Assembly (NCBI GenBank): GCA_049964835.1
Contig: JBMFWW010000004.1
Span: forward strand, 4,161-44,445
Direction: 5' to 3'
From: Candidatus Micrarchaeia archaeon
GTDB taxonomy: Archaea > Micrarchaeota > Micrarchaeia > Micrarchaeales > CABMGC01
Length of the DNA: 40,285 bases
Shown here: one piece after another, positions 27,080 to 35,172 of the stretch
Layout: the number at the start of each line of letters is the position of its first letter
Numbering within the stretch: position 1 is the first letter of the stretch
Notes under the pieces: generated by a model
Databases searched by the model: none
Told to the model about the DNA's origin: nothing
What the model saw: only the letters and a program-made list of their open reading frames with translations
Translations under genes and position numbers: made by a program

Positions 27080-27679
27080 TTAATGATTAATTTCATGTTG
27101 AGCTTCTAAATTCGATAATACCTTTATTTTATTAAGAAATAGTACAATCTTGGTACGTACTCTATTATCCCTTTCTTTATATAATACATCTTTAATAAAC
27201 TCTTCTTTATGCCTTGCTAGGCAATAAAAAGATGATGCGGCTATTCTTACTATAGGTTCTTCGTCTTTAATTAATTCTCTTAATGTTTTTGATGAAATCT
27301 TATCGACAGCTTCCTTATTTAATAAAACATTTCTACGCACATATGGCAGTTCATTTCTTGCAAGAACTTCGATTATAAAATTATCAAATCTTTTTACTGC
27401 TTCTTTGTTACCAGATATTGCAGAAACAACATACTCATCATCACTGATAAACTTTCTAAGTATATCTATTGGAACTCTCTTTGCAACAATATTACTTTCT
27501 GCGCACAATGTTCTAATCTCAGAATCAGAAGAATTGCAATGTTCTACTAACTCTTCTGTACTCATTATATCTAAAATCTTTTCATTTGAAAATGCAAGTT
27601 TTTTTACTCTTTCTGATTTAATATTTTTTATTAATGAGAGATGCTTAGAATTCATCAAGTCGAATAACTCTTTATCCAT
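27080..27679 (-). CDS. HEAT/LRV (leucine-rich repeat variant)-like alpha-solenoid repeat protein
   Basis: Repeated helical units of type S-D-EIR--CAES-...FISDDEYVV-A-...ELPYVRRNVLLN-...IKDEEPIVRIAASS. No catalytic motif. Confidence 0.55.
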   Translation of the reverse strand: MDKELFDLMNSKHLSLIKNIKSERVKKLAFSNEKILDIMSTEELVEHCNSSDSEIRTLCAESNIVAKRVPIDILRKFISDDEYVVSAISGNKEAVKRFDNFIIEVLARNELPYVRRNVLLNKEAVDKISSKTLRELIKDEEPIVRIAASSFYCLARHKEEFIKDVLYKERDNRVRTKIVLFLNKIKVLSNLEAQHEINH

Positions 27680-28053
27680 CAAGAAAAATTCTACAATATT
27701 CCTAACTTTTTTGGCTTTGTATGAGTATTTCTTAACAAACTCCTTAGTTCTGAGTCTAATATGAAATTTTCTTCATTAGTTAGTCCAGAATAGCGTTTGG
27801 GTTTATGAAGTACTGGCATATAATCAGCATGTAGGTTAACACTTATCTTTTCAAATATTTATACCTATTGCAAAAGTTGCCAGAAAAAAGCTACAAATAC
27901 CTTTGCTTAGTAAATATTTAGTAGTGGGGATTAAATGCTAGCAAGTAATATTGCAGGATTAAAACCAACCGATATCAAAAAAGTTGGAACTAAAACAGAA
28001 GAGAGATATAGAGTTGCTTATGAAGTTGATGGTATATCTGTCAAATCTTTTTT

Positions 28054-28081
28054 TAGTAGTATGAAGATAGTAGTATGAAGA
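28054..28081. repeat. Perfect 14-bp tandem duplication (TAGTAGTATGAAGA x2)
   Basis: Read directly: 28054-28067 is identical to 28068-28081. Confidence 0.95.
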
Positions 28082-28297
28082 TTTATGTTTAGAAAATAAC
28101 TCAAATATTTTTTACAAGAATCATATCATAACAATTAGAAATAGGCTTCTTCGACTTAGAAGACTTTCCAGAAGAAAACTTTCAAGAGAAGAAGTTGAAA
28201 ATTTTCTAGTTTTACAAGAAATTGCAAAGATTAGTACAATAAAAGTCAAATGAAAAGAAATATTAATCTGAAGTATTTAATATATTTTTGTGATAAC

Positions 28298-29062
28298 ATG
28301 ACCCAAATCACTCCCCCAAAAAGTGTTAGAGCTACAGAACAAGAAAAAACTGAACAAACGACAGTCAAACAGGATATAATTGGATTAGCTAATGTATTAA
28401 GACGTACTCCTTTATCTTTAAAGGATGTTTTAGAGTTGAAAAATGCAGATAAATTTTACTTTGAAGCGTTAAGGATAAAAGATGAGAGAACTGATAATAT
28501 AGATTTATCAGATATTTTAATGCCTTACTCTGTAGTAAAAGATTCTAAATTTACAAAATTATCCGCAAACAAAACATCATTTATGCAGAGTGTTTTTAAT
28601 CATTTAGAAATAGAATGTTTAGAAGCTGAGAAATCAAATTTTGGAGGCGCATCTATATCAAGAGTAAAGATACGTTCTGGATTTATAGACGAATCAAATT
28701 TTTCCGGATCTAAAATTATAAGATCTACATTCAATAAATCTTATGAACTGTTATCCGCCAAGAAAACAGATTTCACCGATGCAAAGATCTTTGAGTCTAA
28801 TATCAGAGCAGTTGACTTATCAGAATCTAAAATAAAAAATGCAATGATTAGAGATTCGGATATGGAAGGCTCAATATTTAGAGGTGCTGATTTAACAGAT
28901 ACGTTATTTGAAAATGTTAATTTTTGCAGATGCGATTTTTCAGGAGCAGATATAACTGGGACTAAATTTATAAATGTAAAATTTGACGGAGCCATATTGA
29001 AGGATATGATTGTTATTATCGGTGGCAAAAAATTAGTCTGTAATGGACAAGAATTTATCTAA
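28298..29062 (+). CDS. Pentapeptide-repeat protein with a non-repeat N-terminal region of about 90 aa
   Basis: A long run of A(D/N)LxX-type pentads, for example SNFGGASISRVKIRSGFIDESNFSGSKIIRSTF...ADLTDTLFENVNFCRCDFSGADITGTKFINVKFDGAIL. Start is at ATG 28298 or ATG 28250. Confidence 0.8.
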   Translation: MTQITPPKSVRATEQEKTEQTTVKQDIIGLANVLRRTPLSLKDVLELKNADKFYFEALRIKDERTDNIDLSDILMPYSVVKDSKFTKLSANKTSFMQSVFNHLEIECLEAEKSNFGGASISRVKIRSGFIDESNFSGSKIIRSTFNKSYELLSAKKTDFTDAKIFESNIRAVDLSESKIKNAMIRDSDMEGSIFRGADLTDTLFENVNFCRCDFSGADITGTKFINVKFDGAILKDMIVIIGGKKLVCNGQEFI

Positions 29063-29170
29063 AGCTTTATATACTTTTTTGTCTAAAATAGTATTTGCTT
29101 TATACTCTGAGTGTTGTTTGTAGCAACCTCTTGGTAATGAGGCTTTTTAGCCAAACCAAAAATTGATTAT

Positions 29171-29473
29171 ATGACAGACATTAATAATGACCTTAGACTT
29201 GTTATAGACACAGGTAAGTATACAATAGGCAATAGAGAGGTTATCAGATCAATATCAGACTCAAAAGCAAAGGTAATAGTTCTAGCTTCAAAAGGGAAAA
29301 AGGAAATTGCAGAGGATATACTACATCTTTGCAGTGTTGCAAAACTGCGTGTTATAAAATTTAGCGGCAATTCACTTGAACTTGGAACATTATGTGGAAA
29401 GCCATACTCAGTAACTGTTTTAGCTGTGTTAGAGCCAGGAAACTCTAACATTTTAAATGAAGAATATGAATAG
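29171..29473 (+). CDS. rpl30e: 50S ribosomal protein L30e (eL30)
   Basis: LRLVIDTGKYTIGNREVIRSI-DSKAKVIVLASKG...ELGTLCGKPYSVTVLAVLEPGNS matches the eL30 fold signature. 100 aa. Confidence 0.92.
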   Translation: MTDINNDLRLVIDTGKYTIGNREVIRSISDSKAKVIVLASKGKKEIAEDILHLCSVAKLRVIKFSGNSLELGTLCGKPYSVTVLAVLEPGNSNILNEEYE

Positions 29474-29911
29474 GTGTTATGTTTGCCAAATGGAGAGTTC
29501 GCTGCAAAGGAAGTTATAAGAAAAAGAAAGAAGCAAAGGCTTCTCAATAAATGGTGGAAGAGAAAGTACTTTAAATTAAAGCAAAAGTATGATCCTGTAG
29601 GTACAGTACCTATGGCAAAGGCATTAGTACTTAAAAAGTTTGTACTACAGCAGAAGCAACCTCACAGCGGTTTGATAAAATGCGTAAGAGTACAGCTTAT
29701 TAAAAATGGAAAAATTGTTGGAGCGTATGTTCCATTTGATGGTTCAATAAATATGATAGAAGAGCACGACGAGGTAACAATACAAGGAATGGGAGGCTCA
29801 CAAAGAGGTCAAATGGGAAGTATTCCTGGCTTAAAGTACAGAGTAATAGCAGTAAACGGTGCAGATATATTCCAAGTAGTAAAGGGTAAGAAGGAAAAAC
29901 CTAAGAGGTAA
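29474..29911 (+). CDS. rps12: 30S ribosomal protein S12 (uS12)
   Basis: KQPHSGLIKCVRVQLIKNGKIVGAYVPFDGSINMIEEHDEVTIQGMGG...GSIPGLKYRVIAVNG is the conserved uS12 core. The GTG start directly abuts the L30e stop. Confidence 0.93.
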   Translation: MLCLPNGEFAAKEVIRKRKKQRLLNKWWKRKYFKLKQKYDPVGTVPMAKALVLKKFVLQQKQPHSGLIKCVRVQLIKNGKIVGAYVPFDGSINMIEEHDEVTIQGMGGSQRGQMGSIPGLKYRVIAVNGADIFQVVKGKKEKPKR

Positions 29912-29916
29912 ATTTT

Positions 29917-30693
29917 ATGGCAGATTCAATTGATACTAAAAAAGGCATTCAGAATGAAGACATTAAATCTGGTGAAGCATCAGTATCTGAAGCTTTAGAT
30001 TCAACACAGCAAGTAGAAAGATCACAAAAAAGACAAAGAAAAACCGCAATACCTAAAGAGTCAATGCCAGACAACACCTTTCTAAAAAGTAAGGTTAAGT
30101 TATTCGGCAAGTATGATATATCCAATATAGAAATAACAGACGAAAGTGTTAAAGGATATGTTCGTTTTAACGGTCAAGTATATCCAAATATTTTTGGAAG
30201 AAGAAAAAACAATGCTTATTACAACTCTCATCTAGATATAGTTGAAAGATTAGTAAATAAGATGATGAGAGGAGGAACGGGAAAGAAGGTTGGAGGAAAG
30301 GTAATCAGAACTGAAGGAAGACTCCAAGGGAAAAAGATAAAGGTAATGCATGTAGTAGAGGATGCTTTTGATACTATAAACAAGAAAACAGGCAAAAATC
30401 CTGTACAGGTTTTCATAAATGCACTACAGAACGCAGCACCTATCGAAGATACTACAAGAGTAAGATATGGTGGTATTTCATATAATGTTGCGGTAGGAAT
30501 CAGCTCAAATAGAAGAGTTGATGTTGCACTCAAAAATATTGCGTTAGCAGCTTTGATAAATGCTTTTAATAAAAGAAAGAAGCTTTCAGATGCATTAGCA
30601 GATGAGTTAGTATTAGCTGCGGATAAAGCACCAGAAAGCTATGCTATAAAGAAGAGATTAGAAGGAGAAAGAATAGCAAAGCGTGCTAGATAA
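29917..30693 (+). CDS. rps7: 30S ribosomal protein S7 (uS7) with an N-terminal extension of about 55 aa
   Basis: The core runs from KLFGKYDISNIEITDESVKGYV to the C-terminal ...YAIKKRLEGERIAKRAR. AGAGGT SD-like motif lies upstream of ATG 29917, 5 nt after the S12 stop. Confidence 0.9.
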   Translation: MADSIDTKKGIQNEDIKSGEASVSEALDSTQQVERSQKRQRKTAIPKESMPDNTFLKSKVKLFGKYDISNIEITDESVKGYVRFNGQVYPNIFGRRKNNAYYNSHLDIVERLVNKMMRGGTGKKVGGKVIRTEGRLQGKKIKVMHVVEDAFDTINKKTGKNPVQVFINALQNAAPIEDTTRVRYGGISYNVAVGISSNRRVDVALKNIALAALINAFNKRKKLSDALADELVLAADKAPESYAIKKRLEGERIAKRAR

Positions 30694-30717
30694 TTATAAT
30701 TTTTAAATGTGTTAGTT

Positions 30718-32910
30718 ATGGTAAGAAAGGAGTTTGTAGCTGAAGAAGTTGCTAAGCTTATGCATGATATAGATAGAGTTAGAAACGTAGCAATAATAGC
30801 TCACGTGCACCACGGAAAGACTACTCTCACAGATTCATTATTAGCAAGAGCCGGAATAATATCTAAGAATGTAGCCGGAGACGCATTATACACAAACTAT
30901 GAAGCTATAGAAAAGGACAGGAAGATGACAATAAAATCGGCAGATATATCTTTATCATTTAACTATAAAGGTCAAGATTATATAATAAATTTAATAGATA
31001 CGCCAGGCCACGTAGACTTCGGAGGTCATGTAACAAGATCAATGAGAGCGGTTGACGGAGTTGTACTTGTTGTAGATCCGGTAGAAGGAATAATGCCTCA
31101 AACCGAAACTGTTTTGAGACAAGCACTACAAGAAAGAGCAAAACCAGTTCTTTTCGTAAATAAAACTGACAGATTATTAAATGAATTAAGACTTACACAG
31201 GAGCAAACCTTTGAAAGATTGCTTAAATTGATCGGTGAAGTAAATACTCTAATTAAAAGATTTGCTCCAGAGGGATATGGAGATAAATGGCAGGTTAGCG
31301 TTGAGAATGGAAGTGTATGTTTTGGATCTGCTTATAAGAAATGGGCCATCTCAGTAAGAATGATGGAAAAGTACAAAGTTAACTTTAAAGATATATTCAA
31401 ATTAACACAAGAACAAAATGAAACAAAACTTCAAGAAGTTGCTCCTATAGATGAAGCAACACTTTCTATGATGATTGAACATTTGCCTAATCCACGGGAG
31501 GCACAGCCATACAGAATCCAAAAGTTATGGCATGGAGATTTAGAGAGTGAAAACGGAAAGGCAATGATGACAGTAGATCCTAAAGCTAAAGTTAACATAG
31601 TCATATTTGGGGTTACCAATGACCAACATAGCGGTGAAGTTGCAATAGGAAGGGTATTTTCAGGAACTGTAAGAAAAGGCACAATGTTGTATACAACAGG
31701 AATGCCAGATCCTCAAAAAGTTCAACAAGTAGGAATTTATATGGGTCCTGAAAGAGTAACTATCGAGCAGATATCTGCTGGAAATATAGCAGCATTAGTA
31801 GGACTTAAAAACATATCAATAGGAGACACTGCAAGTGAGGATAATATAGAACCGTTTGAACAAATTAAGCACTATTCACAACCAGTAGTTACTAAAGCAA
31901 TAGAAGCAAAAGATACAAGAGATCTAATGAAGTTAATAGAGGCATTAAGACAGTTGTCAAAAGAGGATCAAACAATAAATGTAGAGCTTAATCAAGAAAC
32001 AGGGGAGCACTTAGTAAGCGGAATGGGAGAGCTGCATTTAGAAATTATAGAAACAAAGATAAGAGATGATTATAAAGTTGCAATAACTACATCTGAACCT
32101 ATTGTAGTTTATAGAGAAACAATAGAAGGCGAAGCAAAGGATGTAGAAGGTAAAACACCTAACAGACATACAAGGTTCTATATAGATGTAAAACCTCTAG
32201 AACCAGGAGTATTAGATTTAATCGAAACAGGAGTACTTAAAAACGGAAAGCCAAAGGGTAAGCAGTACTGGGATGATCTCATAAAGGCAGGAATGGAAAG
32301 AGACGAAGCGAGAGGAGTGGTAGATATTTCAAATGGAAATGTTCTTATAGATGCAACTCACGGTGTTCAGTATCTTGATGAGGTAATGGAACTCTTGATT
32401 GAAGGATTTGAAGATGCAATGCATGACGGTCCACTCGCAAGAGAAAAGTGTTCAGGTGTAAAAATATTAATAAAGGATGCAACAATACACGAAGACCCTG
32501 TTCACAGAGGTCCTGCACAAATAATACCGGCAATAAGAAGACCGATATATGCAGGTATGCTTATGTCAGGAGTATCACTTTTAGAGCCAAAGCAAAAGTT
32601 CACAATAAATATTCCACAAGAGTATCTTTCAGATATAATAACGTTTGTACAAGGTAAAAGAGGTCAGATAGTGGATATACAACAAGAAGGAGAGCAAGCA
32701 ACCGTAATATCAAAGATGCCTGTTGCAGAGGTAATAAAAGGATTTTCAAATGAGATAAGAGGTCTTACAGCAGGAAAGGCCATATGGTATCCGGAATATG
32801 CGGGTTATGAAAAGTTGCCAAAGGATCTTCAGGATAAGGTAGTTAGAGAAATAAGAAAGAGAAAGGGACAAACTCCTGAGCCACCTACGCCACAGCAGTT
32901 TATGGATTAA
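30718..32910 (+). CDS. fusA: Translation elongation factor aEF-2
   Basis: G1 AHVHHGKTTLTDSLL, G3 DTPGHVDF and G4 NKTDR. Diphthamide-site motif HEDPVHRGPAQ. About 730 aa. Confidence 0.96.
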   Translation: MVRKEFVAEEVAKLMHDIDRVRNVAIIAHVHHGKTTLTDSLLARAGIISKNVAGDALYTNYEAIEKDRKMTIKSADISLSFNYKGQDYIINLIDTPGHVDFGGHVTRSMRAVDGVVLVVDPVEGIMPQTETVLRQALQERAKPVLFVNKTDRLLNELRLTQEQTFERLLKLIGEVNTLIKRFAPEGYGDKWQVSVENGSVCFGSAYKKWAISVRMMEKYKVNFKDIFKLTQEQNETKLQEVAPIDEATLSMMIEHLPNPREAQPYRIQKLWHGDLESENGKAMMTVDPKAKVNIVIFGVTNDQHSGEVAIGRVFSGTVRKGTMLYTTGMPDPQKVQQVGIYMGPERVTIEQISAGNIAALVGLKNISIGDTASEDNIEPFEQIKHYSQPVVTKAIEAKDTRDLMKLIEALRQLSKEDQTINVELNQETGEHLVSGMGELHLEIIETKIRDDYKVAITTSEPIVVYRETIEGEAKDVEGKTPNRHTRFYIDVKPLEPGVLDLIETGVLKNGKPKGKQYWDDLIKAGMERDEARGVVDISNGNVLIDATHGVQYLDEVMELLIEGFEDAMHDGPLAREKCSGVKILIKDATIHEDPVHRGPAQIIPAIRRPIYAGMLMSGVSLLEPKQKFTINIPQEYLSDIITFVQGKRGQIVDIQQEGEQATVISKMPVAEVIKGFSNEIRGLTAGKAIWYPEYAGYEKLPKDLQDKVVREIRKRKGQTPEPPTPQQFMD

Positions 32911-32948
32911 TTATAAATTATATTGAACCAATGAGATGAGGTAATAAC

Positions 32949-33422
32949 ATGAAAACAACAAAATCTTATGTAACCTTTGAAGTAACAAAGGAAGTTTCAG
33001 ATAAAGCGCTTGAAGCAGTAAGGCTTGCAAAGCAGAACGGCACCGTTAGAAAGGGCGTCAATGAAGTAACAAAGAGTATAGAGCGCGGTTTGTCTACATT
33101 AGTCATACTTGCTGAGGATATTGAACCTGAAGAGGTAGTAATGCATATACCTACGCTATGTAATCAAAAAAAGATAGCATATGTTTATGTTCCTACCAAA
33201 TTAGAATTAGGAAAAGCTGTAGGAATGAATGTTCCGTGCTCATCCGTTGCAATAGAAAAGCCAGGAGATGCGCAATCAGCAGTAAATGAAGTTGTATCTA
33301 AAACTACTGGAAAAGCTGCATCTTCAAATCCTGAAGAAAAATCAAAGGATGAAAAAGCAAAAGAAGAGAAGCCAAAGAAGGAAAAAGAGAAAAAAGAAGC
33401 TAAGAAGGAAGAGTCTGAGTGA
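32949..33422 (+). CDS. rpl7ae: 50S ribosomal protein L7Ae (K-turn binding) with a K/E-rich C-terminal tail of about 40 aa
   Basis: VRKGVNEVTKSIERGLSTLVILAEDIEPEEVVMHIPTLC...IAYVYVPTKLELGKAVG is the L7Ae core. The tail is ...NPEEKSKDEKAKEEKPKKEKEKKEAKKEESE. GAGGTAA SD-like motif lies upstream. Confidence 0.92.
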   Translation: MKTTKSYVTFEVTKEVSDKALEAVRLAKQNGTVRKGVNEVTKSIERGLSTLVILAEDIEPEEVVMHIPTLCNQKKIAYVYVPTKLELGKAVGMNVPCSSVAIEKPGDAQSAVNEVVSKTTGKAASSNPEEKSKDEKAKEEKPKKEKEKKEAKKEESE

Positions 33423-33427
33423 TTATA

Positions 33428-33733
33428 ATGCCTGAAGAAAAAGCCGAACAAAAATCAAAAATTGAAAAAAAGGACAAAGCAGTCCAAACTCAAACTGAGA
33501 TTAAAGAGGTTTCAAACGAAACAATTTTTGATGGATATCTAGCAGAGGTAGTTGATGTTGTAAAGGGTAGAACTGGCATATACGGAGAGATAAAGCAAGC
33601 TATGTGCAAGATAATGGAAGGCAAAGATAAGGGCAGAGTAATAAGAAGAAACTTCGCAGGTAAGATACAGAAAGGAGATATAATAAGACTTCCTGACACA
33701 AGCAGAGAGGATAAAAGAATAATAGCAAGGTAA
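33428..33733 (+). CDS. rps28e: 30S ribosomal protein S28e (eS28) with a K/E-rich N-terminal extension of about 35 aa
   Basis: The core AEVVDVVKGRTGIYGEIKQAMCKIMEGKDKGRVIRRNFAGKIQKGDIIRLPDTSRE matches the eS28 pattern. ATG 33428; alternative GTG 33419 overlaps the L7Ae stop. Confidence 0.9.
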   Translation: MPEEKAEQKSKIEKKDKAVQTQTEIKEVSNETIFDGYLAEVVDVVKGRTGIYGEIKQAMCKIMEGKDKGRVIRRNFAGKIQKGDIIRLPDTSREDKRIIAR

Positions 33734-33738
33734 GTTAA

Positions 33739-33888
33739 ATGAAATGTTCATATTGTCAAAAAGAGATAGAGCAAGGAACTGGCTTCGCTTTTATAAGAAA
33801 AAGCGGAGTAGCAAGATACTTTTGTTCTAGAAGATGTTACAAGTTCAACGTTACCTTTGACAGAAAGTTAAGGAACAAAGAGAAGTAA
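33739..33888 (+). CDS. rpl24e: 50S ribosomal protein L24e (eL24), 49 aa
   Basis: Hand translation gives MKCSYCQKEIEQGTGFAFIRKSGVARYFCSRRCYKFNVTFDRKLRNKEK*. The C-x2-C...C-x3-C zinc-ribbon pattern and its position after S28e are typical. AGGTAA SD-like motif lies upstream. Below the ORF-track cutoff. Confidence 0.85.
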   Translation: MKCSYCQKEIEQGTGFAFIRKSGVARYFCSRRCYKFNVTFDRKLRNKEK

Positions 33889-33983
33889 TGAGTAATTAAC
33901 ATATCTTTTTCTTCTTTTTACATTACTTTTTATCTTTTGCCGTTAATTTATATTAATTAGTAATAAGTGCTAGAGGTAATCAT

Positions 33984-35144
33984 TTGGAAGAACTTGTTTT
34001 TAAAGAAAAGGTCATTATACTTCATTTTGGTGAATTATGGCTAAGAGGACGCAACAGAAATAAGTACATATTCACATTAATAAGAAACATTAAAAATGCT
34101 TTAAAAGAGTATGAGTACTCTCTTGTGTATTATTATGATAGATTAATACTTAAATCATTTAAAGAAACTGATTTAGATAAAATAACAGCTATAGTAAGTA
34201 AGATCTTCGGAATAAGTTCATTTGAAATTGGAATTGTCTCAAAACCAACTCTCCAGCAGATAAAAGCCACATCGAAACCGTTTTTAATTAAAAATAAGGG
34301 TAAAACCATAAAGATAAATTCCCATAGATCATTTAAAGAGCATAAATTTGACTCTGTGCAGATAATAAGTGAGCTTACCAAACTTGCTAAAAAATTAGAT
34401 GTGAAAATTTCAAATAGGGAGTATGATGCGGAGATATTTATCAGTGTAGCTAAAGAACATGCTTTTATATATGAAGAAAAACTACGTGGTTCTGGTGGTT
34501 TACCAGTAGGTACATCTGGAAAAGCAGTTATACTTTTATCTGGAGGTATAGACTCTCCAGTTGCTGCATGGTATGCAATGAAGAGAGGGTTACAGCCCAT
34601 ATTTTTACATGTGCATGCATATGAAAACAACGATGAAGCATATAATTTAAAGATGGGTTCTTTATATAAAATCTTATCTAGCTACTCTACAAAATCAAAA
34701 CTTTATATATTTCCTTCTAAGATCTTCGAAGCGTATTCCGCTTCATTTGGAGTAAGTAGAGAAAGCACAGTTTTAGTAAAAGCATTTATGCTAAGATTAG
34801 CTGATAAAATAGCCGACTTAGAAAAAACTCCATTAATTTATACCGGAGAAAGCCTTGGCCAGGTTTCATCACAAACAGCATGGAATCTTCTTGCAGAAAG
34901 TATTGATATAAAGAATGTTATATTAAGGCCATTAATAGGAATGGATAAAGAAGAGATAGTTTCTATTGCAAGAAAGATCTCAACATTTGACATATCAATT
35001 AAATTGTACAAGGACGTGTGCACATTAAATTCAAATAATGCATCTACATCTGTAAGAAAAAGTAGTATGGGAAATATTGTAGATCTTGTTAAGATGGATA
35101 AGATAATTGAAAATACACTTAAAGAAGGAAAAGTTTTTATATAA
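33984..35144 (+). CDS. thiI: tRNA 4-thiouridine synthase ThiI (THUMP + PP-loop, no rhodanese domain visible)
   Basis: The N-terminus ILHFGELWLRGRNR matches the ThiI ferredoxin-like/THUMP start, and the PP-loop is LLSGGIDSPVAAW. The TTG start at 33984 is preceded by AGAGGT 7 nt upstream. Confidence 0.85.
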   Translation: MEELVFKEKVIILHFGELWLRGRNRNKYIFTLIRNIKNALKEYEYSLVYYYDRLILKSFKETDLDKITAIVSKIFGISSFEIGIVSKPTLQQIKATSKPFLIKNKGKTIKINSHRSFKEHKFDSVQIISELTKLAKKLDVKISNREYDAEIFISVAKEHAFIYEEKLRGSGGLPVGTSGKAVILLSGGIDSPVAAWYAMKRGLQPIFLHVHAYENNDEAYNLKMGSLYKILSSYSTKSKLYIFPSKIFEAYSASFGVSRESTVLVKAFMLRLADKIADLEKTPLIYTGESLGQVSSQTAWNLLAESIDIKNVILRPLIGMDKEEIVSIARKISTFDISIKLYKDVCTLNSNNASTSVRKSSMGNIVDLVKMDKIIENTLKEGKVFI

Positions 35145-35172
35145 TTTAGTTATAATATATTGAGTTCTTTGT

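Noticed and set aside
27935-28078. A 47-codon ORF (MLASNIAGLKPTDIKKVGTKTEERYRVAYEVDGISVKSFFSSMKIVV*).
   Set aside because: It has no recognisable family. It terminates inside the 14-bp tandem duplication and is surrounded by other broken frames, so I treated it as part of the debris region rather than a gene.
28054-28081. The tandem repeats at 28054-28081 and 38091-38120 as degenerate CRISPR arrays or minisatellites.
   Set aside because: Each has only two adjacent copies with no spacers. The unit lengths of 14-15 bp are far below CRISPR repeat size, and no cas genes are in the window.
29063-29170. The 108-nt leader upstream of L30e as an autoregulatory K-turn or structured element, by analogy with eukaryotic L30 autoregulation.
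   Set aside because: Two TATA-like boxes are visible (TTTATATA at 29066-29073 and TTTATACT at 29099-29106). I could not identify a convincing K-turn (tandem G-A pairs flanked by stems) or any stable hairpin by eye.
30228-30533. Many antisense or overlapping ORFs of 60-165 aa in the track. Examples are 107-520, 3594-3902, 19124-20011, 22915-23298, 30228-30533, 32345-32657, 33185-33751, 34133-34630, 35205-35909 and 36056-36382.
   Set aside because: Each lies inside a confidently identified gene on the other strand or in another frame. They have hydrophobic or Ser/Leu/Phe-biased composition typical of mirror frames and lack SD/TATA context. None was reported as a feature.
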